A stretch of DNA of 64,000 nt from Anaerolineae bacterium. GTDB lineage: Bacteria; Chloroflexota; Anaerolineae; B4-G1; DUEL01. Under the pieces are notes generated by a model. That model saw only the letters and a program-made list of their open reading frames with translations. It did not search any database and was not told the DNA's origin. The position numbers and the translations under genes are program-made. Within the stretch, counting starts at the first letter, position 1. Every line of letters begins with the position of its first letter. Below are positions 19,529 to 28,042 of this stretch, one piece after another. The DNA is taken from contig JBDOIF010000014.1 of the NCBI GenBank assembly GCA_041082215.1, forward strand, positions 1 through 64,000, given 5' to 3'.

Positions 19529-21123
19529 GCGTGGAGCGAAAGGAATGGGGCTGGGCGGCAGCCGTGGCCGGGCTGGTGGTGCTGGCCTCCACCATCCCCT
19601 ACCTGGCAGGCTACCTGGCCCAGACCCCGCAGGCCCGCTTCGGAGGCGTCCTGCTGGACCGGATGGACTACCACAGCCACCTGGCGAAGATGTGGCAGGG
19701 GTATCGGGGCCAGTGGCGGTACCGGCTGCTCTTCACGCCGGAGGAGCACCAGGGGGCTTACCTCCAGACCTTCTACGTTGCCCTGGGCCATCTGGCCCGG
19801 CTGACCGGGCTGGGCCTGCCTGCGACCTATCAGCTCGGTCGGGTGGCTTTCGGCTTCCTGATGCTGCTGACCGTTTACCGGTTCATCGCCTTGTTCACCC
19901 CGACGGAGCGGGTCCGGCGGGTGGCCTTTCTGCTGGCGACGACCGCCTCCGGCCTGGGCTGGCTCACCGAGGTGGTCGCCCCCACGCCACCGGGCGGGGT
20001 CTCCCCGATGGATTTCTGGCTGCTGGATGGCTTCACCTACCTGGCGGTGCTGACATCCCCCCATTTCTGTGCTGCGACCGGCCTGCTGCTTCTGGTCTTC
20101 CTGCTCCTCCTGCGCCGCCCTGAAGGGCCTTCCTGGGGGGAGACCGCGCTGGCGGCTCTGGCCTCGCTGGCCCTGGGGATCATCCACCCCTACCTCCTCC
20201 TCCTGGCCGACCTCCTGCCGGTCCTCTACTGGACCTTCGAGGGGCTGCGGACGCGACAGGCGGCCTGGCGGGGGCTGGCGGCGGTGGCGGCGATGGGCAC
20301 ACTTCAACTTCCCCTCCTGGCCTACGACCTGTGGGTCTTCCGCACCCAACCGGTCTTCGCTGGCTGGTCGGCCCAGAACGTGACCCTCTCCCCGCCCCCC
20401 CGCATCTACCTCTGTGGGTACGGGCTGCTCCTGTTGCTGGGAGGCGTGGGGGCACTGGCCTGGGCCCGCCGGGGAGGGGAGGGGCTGGCCTTCCCCCTCC
20501 TGTGGATCGGGACGGTGGCCGTGCTGGCCTACCTGCCGTGGAACCTGCAGCGCCGGTTCCTGGAGGGAGTGCAGGTCCCGCTGGGGTTGCTGGCCGGGGT
20601 GGGACTGGTGGAGATTGCAGATACCAGATTGCAGAGTGGAAGGGGCAGGTGGCTGGCGCTGGCGGGGATGATGGCGCTGGCGATGATGAGCAACCTCTAC
20701 CTGACGGCGGGGTTGACCCTGGCGGCGGCGACCCGCTCTCCGGCCCTCTTCTGGTCGGCCGACCTGGTAGCGGCGGTGGACTGGTTGGGGGAGAACTCCC
20801 TGCCACAGGAGACGGTGCTCTCCGGAGTTGAAGCTGGAGGGCTGATCCCCGCCCGCATCGGCCACCGGGTGGTCGTGGGGCACGGGATGGAGACGGTGGA
20901 TTATCAGGGAAAGCGGGAGGCAGTGGAACGGTTCTTCAGCGTCCGAACTCCCGACGCGGAGCGGCTCGCCCTCCTCGAGAAATGGGGAGTGGCCTGGGTG
21001 TTCTACGGGCCGGAGGAGAGGGGGATGGGGGGATTCAACCCTGCGACGGCCCCCTGGCTGGAACCGGCTTTTCGATCGGGGGAGGTCGCTGTCTACCGGG
21101 TGGCGACGGGAGGGGGGCCGTGA
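19525..21123 (+). CDS. Polytopic membrane protein, probable GT-C glycosyltransferase
   Basis: GTGA-coupled; Asp motif DYHSHLAKM in first loop, FTPEEH, many TMs, C-terminal extracytoplasmic domain. Confidence 0.65.
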   Translation: MSVERKEWGWAAAVAGLVVLASTIPYLAGYLAQTPQARFGGVLLDRMDYHSHLAKMWQGYRGQWRYRLLFTPEEHQGAYLQTFYVALGHLARLTGLGLPATYQLGRVAFGFLMLLTVYRFIALFTPTERVRRVAFLLATTASGLGWLTEVVAPTPPGGVSPMDFWLLDGFTYLAVLTSPHFCAATGLLLLVFLLLLRRPEGPSWGETALAALASLALGIIHPYLLLLADLLPVLYWTFEGLRTRQAAWRGLAAVAAMGTLQLPLLAYDLWVFRTQPVFAGWSAQNVTLSPPPRIYLCGYGLLLLLGGVGALAWARRGGEGLAFPLLWIGTVAVLAYLPWNLQRRFLEGVQVPLGLLAGVGLVEIADTRLQSGRGRWLALAGMMALAMMSNLYLTAGLTLAAATRSPALFWSADLVAAVDWLGENSLPQETVLSGVEAGGLIPARIGHRVVVGHGMETVDYQGKREAVERFFSVRTPDAERLALLEKWGVAWVFYGPEERGMGGFNPATAPWLEPAFRSGEVAVYRVATGGGP

Positions 21124-22694
21124 GCGGGGCCAGGAGGGACCTGCTTGCGCTTTTCCTCCTTTCTCTCGCCGTGCGGCTCGCCACGGCCGCCCTCATCCCC
21201 CGCCCCGGCTATATGGACACGGCCTACTATGCCGCCGGGGCGGTGTGGCTGGCCCGGGGCGGCGGATTGACCGAGCCGTTCATCTGGAACTACCTGGACA
21301 GCCCGGCCGGGCTTCCCCATTCAGGGTTCCTCTACTGGATGCCGCTCCCCTCCCTCCTGGCGGCTCCCTCCGCTATCTTCTTTCCTGGATCTTTCTTCGC
21401 TCTCCAGGTCCCCTTTGCCCTCTTCTCCGCTTTGCTCCCCCCTGTCGCTTTCGCACTGGCCTGGGAGATCACGGGCCGTCGCCGCACCGCCTGGGTAGCC
21501 GGGCTTCTTGTCCTCTTCAGCGGCTTCTTCTTCCCCTACTGGCCCCTTCCCGAGACCTTTGCCCCCTTCGCCCTTTTCGGCAGCCTGGCGCTGTGGCTGG
21601 CAGGGCGGTGGAGACGGGGGAACAATGACTGGTTACTGGTTGCCGGTTGCTCGTTGCTGGTTGGACTGGCCCACCTCACCCGCGCCGACGGCATCCTGCT
21701 CCTCCCCATCGTCGCTCTGGCTCCGCTGATGTCATCTCAGCGACACAGCATGCAACACGGAATACGGAATACGGAATACGTATTCCGTATTGCGTGCTGC
21801 GTATTCGGCTACCTGCTTGTGATGGTCCCCTGGTTCATCCGCAACCTGATCCTGGTCGGCGCGCCGCTTTCCCCCGCCGGGGCGAAGACCCTCTGGCTCA
21901 CCACCTACGACGACCTGTTCTGCTACGGCTGCGACCTCTCCCCCAGCTCCTATCTGGCCTGGGGCTGGCCTAACATCCTGCATTCCAAACTCTGGGCGCT
22001 GGGGTTGAACCTGGAGCGGTTCCTGGCAGAGGACTGTCTGATCTTCCTGTGCCCTTTCGTCCTTATCGGCCTCTATCGCCTGCGCCGCCACCCCGCCATC
22101 TCCCTCCCCTGCATATACTTATTGCTTGCCTACTTGCTTCACTCCCTGGCCTTCACCTTCCCTGGCCCCCGGGGGGGGGTCTTTCACGCCAGTGCAGCGG
22201 CGTTGCCCGCGCTGATGGCCGCCGGGGCGGAGGGGCTGGAGGCGGCGGTGGGATGGGCGGGCCGTCGGCGACGGTGGAACCTGCGGCAGGCCCGGGGCGT
22301 CTTCTCAGCGGCGGCGGTGGGGCTGGCGGTGGCCCTCAGCCTCTACATAGCGGCAGGGAAGCTGCCCGACTGGCGGGAGGCCGACCAGGCCTATCAGGAG
22401 ATCGGCCGCTGGATGGCAGGGCACGGGGCACAGGACGCAAGGGTGATGGTCGCCAACCCCCCGGCCTTCTGGTACCACACCGGCCTGCCAGCCGTCGTGG
22501 TGCCCAACGGGGATGTGGAAACGGCGCTGGCGGCGGCGGACCGGTATGGCGTGGGCTATTGTGTCCTGGACCGGAACCGGCCTGCGCCGCTGGCAGAGCT
22601 CTATGCGGGGACGACGACCCATCCCCGGCTGCGGCCGCTTGCGGAATGGGGAGAGGAGGAAGAGCGTGTGGTCCTTTTCCAGGTGGAGCGGTGA
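21120..22694 (+). CDS. GT-C membrane glycosyltransferase (GT39-like)
   Basis: GTGA-coupled; GYMDTAYY, YWMPL, HLTRADG. Confidence 0.72.
   Translation: MSGARRDLLALFLLSLAVRLATAALIPRPGYMDTAYYAAGAVWLARGGGLTEPFIWNYLDSPAGLPHSGFLYWMPLPSLLAAPSAIFFPGSFFALQVPFALFSALLPPVAFALAWEITGRRRTAWVAGLLVLFSGFFFPYWPLPETFAPFALFGSLALWLAGRWRRGNNDWLLVAGCSLLVGLAHLTRADGILLLPIVALAPLMSSQRHSMQHGIRNTEYVFRIACCVFGYLLVMVPWFIRNLILVGAPLSPAGAKTLWLTTYDDLFCYGCDLSPSSYLAWGWPNILHSKLWALGLNLERFLAEDCLIFLCPFVLIGLYRLRRHPAISLPCIYLLLAYLLHSLAFTFPGPRGGVFHASAAALPALMAAGAEGLEAAVGWAGRRRRWNLRQARGVFSAAAVGLAVALSLYIAAGKLPDWREADQAYQEIGRWMAGHGAQDARVMVANPPAFWYHTGLPAVVVPNGDVETALAAADRYGVGYCVLDRNRPAPLAELYAGTTTHPRLRPLAEWGEEEERVVLFQVER
21757..21806. repeat. Intragenic ACGGAAT heptamer inverted-tandem repeat
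   Basis: cacggaatacggaatacggaatacg tattccgtattgcgtg; same family as 50984-51025. Confidence 0.8.
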
Positions 22695-24192
22695 ACCGGC
22701 CCGCCGATCTTTCCTGATAGCCCTGGCCGTCGCCCTCTCCGTGGGCCTCTATTTGGGCTGGTCGGGACTCCGGGGAGCCATCGGCTTTCCCCTGGACGAC
22801 GCCTGGATCCATCAAACCTACGCCCGCAACCTGGTCGAATACGGCCAGTGGGCCTTTCTGCCCGGCCGGCCCAGCGCCGGCTCCACCTCCCCCCTGTGGA
22901 CCCTCCTCCTGGCGGTCGGGTACGGGCTGGGGCTTCCCTTCCGCCTGTGGACCTATGGGCTGGGCGGGCTCTGCCTGGTGGGGACGGCACTCCTGTCCGC
23001 CCGTCTGGCCGGGCGGCTCTTCCCCAACCACCCCTCGATCCCCCTGCTGGCGGGGCTTGCCGCAGCGCTGGAGTGGCATCTGGTGTGGGCCGCCGTTTCC
23101 GGGATGGAGACGCTGCTCTTCGTATGGCTGGCGCTGGCCCTCTGGGATCGGGTGATCGCCGGGCCTTCGCGTCGCCCCTTCCTCACCGGCCTCCTGGGTG
23201 GCGCGCTGGTCCTCACCCGACCGGAAGGGGCGGTGGCGGTAGGGCTGGCGGCGGTCGGCGCGGCCTGGGCTGAGGCCACAGATGGGCGCTGGCGGCAGGG
23301 GCTGACGGCAGCAGGGTGGATGGCAGCGGGGACCGGTGTGGTGGTCGCTCCCTACCTGGCCCTCAACTTCCACCTGAGCGGGACCCTCTGGCCCAACACC
23401 TTCTATGCCAAGCAGGCGGAGTACGCCGCCCTCCTGGCCCAGCCGCTGACGGTGCGGCTGTGGCGGGTGGGGACCGCGCCGCTGGTCGGCGCGCAGGCGC
23501 TTCTGCTGCCGGGACTGATCGGGGGTATGGCACGGGCTGCCCGTCGGGGCCTGAGAGGTTCGGCGGCGGCCTGGTGGCTTCCCCTGATCTGGGCTGCAGC
23601 GACGGCGGCCATCTACGCCCTCCGGCTCCCTGTCACCTACCAGCACGGCCGATACCTCATCCCCGTGGTCCCCGTGATCCTCACTTATGGCACGGGCGGC
23701 ACCCTGGCCCTCCTGGCCCGCATCGGGCGATGGGGGCGCACACATGGTGCGCCCCTTCTCCGCGCCTGGGCCCTCTCCATCGCCGTCCTCTTCCTGGCCT
23801 TTCTGCTCCTGGGAGCCCGGGCCTACGCGACCGACGTGGCGATCATCGAGGGGGAGATGGTCGCTGTGGCCCGCTGGATCAACGAACACACCGGGCCGGA
23901 TGCCCTCATCGCCGTCCACGACATCGGCGCAGTGGGGTACTTCGCCCGGCGGCCCCTGCTCGACCTGGCGGGGCTGGTCAACCCGGAGGTGGTCCCCTTC
24001 ATCCGGGACGAGGCCCGGCTGATGGCCTGGCTGGAGGCGCAGGGGGCCGACTACCTGGTCACCTTCCCCTCCTGGTACCCCACCCTCACCGCCGACCCCC
24101 GCCTGGAAGAGGTCTACCGCACCGGCGCGGCGGTGACGGTGGAGCAGGGGGGGGAGAACATGGCCGTCTACGCCATCCGCTGGGGGCGCTGA
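22666..24192 (+). CDS. GT-C membrane glycosyltransferase (AftB-like motif set)
   Basis: DDAWIHQTYARNL, GSTSPLW, SGMET, RPEG, HDIGA, DLAGLV; GTG 22666 after GGAGG. Confidence 0.7.
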   Translation: MWSFSRWSGEPARRSFLIALAVALSVGLYLGWSGLRGAIGFPLDDAWIHQTYARNLVEYGQWAFLPGRPSAGSTSPLWTLLLAVGYGLGLPFRLWTYGLGGLCLVGTALLSARLAGRLFPNHPSIPLLAGLAAALEWHLVWAAVSGMETLLFVWLALALWDRVIAGPSRRPFLTGLLGGALVLTRPEGAVAVGLAAVGAAWAEATDGRWRQGLTAAGWMAAGTGVVVAPYLALNFHLSGTLWPNTFYAKQAEYAALLAQPLTVRLWRVGTAPLVGAQALLLPGLIGGMARAARRGLRGSAAAWWLPLIWAAATAAIYALRLPVTYQHGRYLIPVVPVILTYGTGGTLALLARIGRWGRTHGAPLLRAWALSIAVLFLAFLLLGARAYATDVAIIEGEMVAVARWINEHTGPDALIAVHDIGAVGYFARRPLLDLAGLVNPEVVPFIRDEARLMAWLEAQGADYLVTFPSWYPTLTADPRLEEVYRTGAAVTVEQGGENMAVYAIRWGR

Positions 24193-24317
24193 ACCCCGCA
24201 GGACAGGCCTTCAGCCTGTTCAGTACCAGTAAGGGAGCCTCACAGGATAAGCCAGGCAGTTCATCGTCGGACGAGCCGCTAAGGGTCTATCCAGAAATAT
24301 GCTGGGCGTTTCCACGC

Positions 24318-24359
24318 TTGACAGAATGCGCGAAGACTCGTATACTCATAGTAGATACA
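24318..24359 (+). promoter_or_regulatory. mazEF promoter with overlapping imperfect palindrome
   Basis: TTGACA(24318)-17 nt-TATACT(24341); GTATACTCATAGTAGATAC overlaps -10/+1. Confidence 0.75.
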
Positions 24360-24375
24360 ATACGGAGGTGTGGAG

Positions 24376-24618
24376 ATGGAGACCTGTGTCAAGAAGTGGG
24401 GAAATAGTCTGGCTTTACGCATTCCCAGACCGCTGGCTGGAGAGGTTGGCCTGGAAGAGGATTCCCCAGTACGAATCTCAGTGGAGGAGGGGAAGCTGGT
24501 TATCGTCCCGATCCTGAGAGCTCGCTATACCCTGGAGGCCCTGCTGGCTCAAGTGACAGCCCAGAATCTGCACAGTGAAGTAGATACTGGTGAGGCTGTG
24601 GGGGGTGAAGTGTGGTGA
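24376..24618 (+). CDS. mazE: AbrB/MazE-type antitoxin
   Basis: KKWGNSLALRIP...YTLEALLAQVT...G.EVW. Confidence 0.92.
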   Translation: METCVKKWGNSLALRIPRPLAGEVGLEEDSPVRISVEEGKLVIVPILRARYTLEALLAQVTAQNLHSEVDTGEAVGGEVW

Positions 24619-24959
24619 GGGGGCAGGGGTATGTGCCGGAGCGGGGGGAAGTGGTTTGGATCACGCTGAACCCTCAGGCAGGGCACGAGCAGGCAGGACG
24701 TCGGCCAGCGGTGGTGTTATCACCGTCAGCGTACAATGGCAAGGTGGGGTTGGCAATTTTGTGTCCAATCACTAACCAAGAGAAGGGGTACCCTTTTGAG
24801 GTCAAGGTGCCGGCAGGGCTTGGGGTAACAGGGGTGATTCTGGCCGACCAAGTCAAGAGTTTGGATTGGCGAGCAAGAGAGGCAGAGAGGATATGCACCC
24901 TGCCGCGTGAGGTGATGGCTGAGGTGCTGGGAAAGCTGAGCACATTGTTGTCAGACTAG
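24612..24959 (+). CDS. mazF: MazF/PemK endoribonuclease toxin
   Basis: PQAGHEQAGRRPAVVLS, CPIT, GYPFEV, DQVKSLDWRAR. Confidence 0.95.
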   Translation: MVRGQGYVPERGEVVWITLNPQAGHEQAGRRPAVVLSPSAYNGKVGLAILCPITNQEKGYPFEVKVPAGLGVTGVILADQVKSLDWRAREAERICTLPREVMAEVLGKLSTLLSD

Positions 24960-24973
24960 AGAACTGTTAGATT

Positions 24974-25690
24974 CTAAGAGCCGATCCCCTCCACCGCCAG
25001 CTCCCGCGCGCCGGTATCCACGAACCCCAACGACTCCGCCAGGCGGATGGAGGCCTCGTTCTCCTCGTCGGCGATGTAGAGGGGCTGGATGCCGGAGCGG
25101 AGCACCCAGGCCACGCAGGCATCCACCACCGCCTTTCCCCACCCCCGCCTTTGCGCCTGGGGCGCTGTCCACACATAGATCTCGGCGAAGTGAGGGGAGT
25201 ACCAGTTCAACCCCGATTCGGCCGCCACTTCTCCCCCTGAGTGGATGACGAAGCGGGGGGAGCCATCGGCGGCGCGGGCAGGCACCACCAGGACGTTGAT
25301 GGAAGGGGCATACCGCCGCAGGTCGAGCCGGTACACCCGGTTAAGCCCGGACCGTTCCACCTCCAGCGCGCCGGCCACTGCCGCCTGCAGCTCCGGGGTG
25401 GTGACCAGGTAGTAGGGCCGCCGGGGCAGCAGGCCCCGCTTCAAAAGCTCCGCCGCCACGCCCTCCCCCCGCGCGCGCAGCACCGCCGTCTGCCGGAAGA
25501 GGTCCCGTCCCGTCTGGCAGACAGCGAGGAAGCCCTCGGCCCGTCCCTCCCGCTCCTCCACCACCAGCCGGGTCCGCGCCGGGTCGTGGTAGAGGGCGTA
25601 GTAGGCCGCCATCCCGTCGCGGGGTGCGGAGAGATCGAGCAGGGGGCGCACCTTTCGACGCAGCTCTTCGATCCGTTCAGCCTCCGCCAT
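24974..25690 (-). CDS. GNAT-family N-acetyltransferase (C-terminal GNAT domain)
   Basis: VWTAPQAQRRGWGK, NEASIRLAESLGF. Confidence 0.85.
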   Translation of the reverse strand: MAEAERIEELRRKVRPLLDLSAPRDGMAAYYALYHDPARTRLVVEEREGRAEGFLAVCQTGRDLFRQTAVLRARGEGVAAELLKRGLLPRRPYYLVTTPELQAAVAGALEVERSGLNRVYRLDLRRYAPSINVLVVPARAADGSPRFVIHSGGEVAAESGLNWYSPHFAEIYVWTAPQAQRRGWGKAVVDACVAWVLRSGIQPLYIADEENEASIRLAESLGFVDTGARELAVEGIGS

Positions 25691-26159
25691 ATCCCCGTAG
25701 CTCCACCGCCCGAACGATCATCTCCCGATCGAGCCAGTACAGCCCCTCGGGGAGCGCGTCGGGAGCCACCCAGCGGGCATCCAGAATCTCCCCGCTGAAG
25801 CGATCCACCTTACCCTCCACCTCGCAAAGAAAGCCCGTCTCCAGATGGCCGGGCAGATAGCCCAGGTCAACCAGCACCGGCGGGCCGACCCTCACCGCCA
25901 GCCCCAACTCCTCCATCAGCTCCCGCCGCAGCGCATCCTGCGGCCGCTCCCGTCGCCGCACCCAGCCCCCCGGCAGCCCCCAGGGATACGCCCCCCGGAA
26001 GACATGCTCCAAGAGCAGGACCTCCCCTCTGGAATTGAACACCACGCCGCTGACGCCGACGGTGAAGCGGGCGGCGACCAGATGGATCAGGCGGACGAGG
26101 AGCGGGTAAAGGAGGGGGACCCGGCGCATCAGGCCGGCGATGGACCGTTTCAACCGCAC
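25677..26159 (-). CDS. NUDIX hydrolase
   Basis: Nudix box GGWVRRRERPQDALRRELMEELGL. Confidence 0.9.
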   Translation of the reverse strand: MRLKRSIAGLMRRVPLLYPLLVRLIHLVAARFTVGVSGVVFNSRGEVLLLEHVFRGAYPWGLPGGWVRRRERPQDALRRELMEELGLAVRVGPPVLVDLGYLPGHLETGFLCEVEGKVDRFSGEILDARWVAPDALPEGLYWLDREMIVRAVELRGYGGG

Positions 26160-27226
26160 GGATCACCTCCCCTTCCCGCCAGCGCAGGAGGCCAGGCTTC
26201 GACCAGCGGGCGCGCCAGCTCCCGGTTCAGGTGCAGGAACGGCTCCTCGGCGTGCAGGTCGCCGTAGCAGACCTGCGCCGCGGCCTTGCATCCGCCCTGG
26301 CACTCGTCGTGGCGAGCGCAGGGGGCGCAGAATGCCGGCACAGCGGCGACGAAGTCCGCCAGCCGCTCCGGGGCAATGATGTCGGCGAACGGCTCCTCCC
26401 ACACATTGCCCAGGACCGTGGGGGTGTGGTTGCAGGGGCGGACGTTGCCGGCCGTGTCCAGGGTGTAATAGGCGCGGCCGGAGCCGGCAGCGCAGAAGCC
26501 GTGCCCCAGGTGGGGGTAAGCAGAAAGGTCAATCAGACAGGGCTGGATGGGGATGGAGCAAGAGATGGGGAGATGGAACTCCTGCGTGGCAGCCTCGGCG
26601 ACCTCCAGCGCCCGGCGCATCTCTTCCACCGTGGGCAGCAGGTCCAGATGCGCCGCGCCCCGTCCGCCAGGGTTGAACCGGTTGAGCATCAGCCCGCGGG
26701 CGCCGAAGGCAAAGGCCAGCCGGACCGTATCCCAGAGGTCGCCAATGTTGACAGAGGTGGCGACGAAGACGACCACCGCCTGCCCCCGGTGGGCGCGGAT
26801 GTGGGCCAGCGCCGCCAGCACCGCGTCGAAGGCCCCTTCTACCCCGACGAGACCATCGTGGACGGAGCGGCGGTAGCTTAGAAGCGGCAGCTCGAACAGC
26901 GTCACGCCGGCGCGGATCAGCTCGGCCGCAAGCCCGTCGGTGAGGCGATGGCCGTTGGTGATCAGGTTGATGCGGACGTCACGGGCGGCCAGGAAGCCGA
27001 CGATCTGGAGCAGGTCGGGCCGCAGCAGAGGTTCGCCCCCGGTCAGCGTGACGTGGGTGCAGTCCACCTGATCCAAGACATGGGCCAGCAGGGGGCGGAT
27101 GTCCGCTTCGGGGAGGCCCTCGCGCGGCGCATCCGGGTGGTTCCAGATGTTGTAACAGTAGCAACAGGCGTGGTCGCAGGCGCGGGTCACCTCGACGATC
27201 AGCGTCGGCAGCCGGGGACGGGCCAT
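26150..27226 (-). CDS. Radical SAM/SPASM-domain protein
   Basis: CDHACCYC, TGGEP, ITNG; SPASM cysteines FCAAG...RPC...CAPCARHDECQGGC. Confidence 0.92.
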   Translation of the reverse strand: MARPRLPTLIVEVTRACDHACCYCYNIWNHPDAPREGLPEADIRPLLAHVLDQVDCTHVTLTGGEPLLRPDLLQIVGFLAARDVRINLITNGHRLTDGLAAELIRAGVTLFELPLLSYRRSVHDGLVGVEGAFDAVLAALAHIRAHRGQAVVVFVATSVNIGDLWDTVRLAFAFGARGLMLNRFNPGGRGAAHLDLLPTVEEMRRALEVAEAATQEFHLPISCSIPIQPCLIDLSAYPHLGHGFCAAGSGRAYYTLDTAGNVRPCNHTPTVLGNVWEEPFADIIAPERLADFVAAVPAFCAPCARHDECQGGCKAAAQVCYGDLHAEEPFLHLNRELARPLVEAWPPALAGRGGDPCG

Positions 27227-27236
27227 AACGGTCGGC

Positions 27237-27911
27237 CTACCTCTCCTCCAGCAATAGCTGCACCAGAATCCGCGCCGCCTCCACCGACTCCGGCGGGATC
27301 TCCAGGTCCAGTTCGGCCAGGGTCGGCCAGTCCATTCCTTCGCCTGCGGCCTCGACCACAGCGTTGATGAGCGCCTGCTGCTCCTCGGCGGGCATAGTGA
27401 GGAAAGCGATATCCCGCTCGATGGAGGCCTGCGCCTGGGCGACGGTCTCGGGGTTCAGGTCGCCCTGGGCGGCCATTTCAGCCAGGATCTCGGCCTGGCG
27501 AGCCAGGTCGCTGGCGCCCTGGACCCCGTACTCGGGGTAAAGCGCAGGCGTGTAGCAGGTGATGGGCGCGTTGGCCCGCCAGACGTGGCGGGCGGCCGCC
27601 TCGAAGGCGGTCTGCAGGTCATCCGCGATGGCGGAGTCCAGTTCGCCCGACTCGACCAGCGCGTCGAGCGCGGAGCGGTGCCCGGCGATGAGCCGGTCCA
27701 GGGTCTGCTGGCCCTTTTCCACATCCTTGGCGTCGCGGGCCAGGAGGTCCAGGTCCTCCCATGGCGCGCGCAGGTCGTCCCACAGATCGCCCGTCCCGCC
27801 GGATGGCGGTGTGACGGCTGGCACGTAGCAGGCCGGCCTGCACCGGGAAAGCAGGAGCGAGGCCAGCGTCACCCCCAGGGCCTGCATAAACTCACGTCGC
27901 GTCGCTTTCAT
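27237..27911 (-). CDS. Twin-arginine-signal (probable lipo)protein of unknown function with two Cys-Tyr-x-Pro motifs
   Basis: MKATRREFM, hydrophobic stretch, LSRC; PACYVPA and ITCYTPA; acidic helical body. Confidence 0.75.
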   Translation of the reverse strand: MKATRREFMQALGVTLASLLLSRCRPACYVPAVTPPSGGTGDLWDDLRAPWEDLDLLARDAKDVEKGQQTLDRLIAGHRSALDALVESGELDSAIADDLQTAFEAAARHVWRANAPITCYTPALYPEYGVQGASDLARQAEILAEMAAQGDLNPETVAQAQASIERDIAFLTMPAEEQQALINAVVEAAGEGMDWPTLAELDLEIPPESVEAARILVQLLLEER

Positions 27912-28001
27912 TCATCACCTCATTTCCCCCCGTCGTTTAGGCGTACTGATTCAGGAAGGCTCCGACCTCTGCCTTCAGCTCATCCCAGCCCGCTGGTTGG
28001 A

Positions 28002-28031
28002 GTAGGACAACTCCGCAGAAGTTGTCCCTGC
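28002..28031. repeat. GTAG-type REP-like hairpin after asnS
   Basis: GTAGGACAACTCCGCAGAAGTTGTCCCTGC; stem GGACAACT/AGTTGTCC. Confidence 0.6.
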
Positions 28032-28042
28032 AGCCGCTGCAA

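Noticed and set aside
24974..26159. GNAT and NUDIX as tailoring enzymes of the rSAM system
   Set aside because: They overlap the rSAM gene in series, but nothing beyond adjacency links them; left unassigned.
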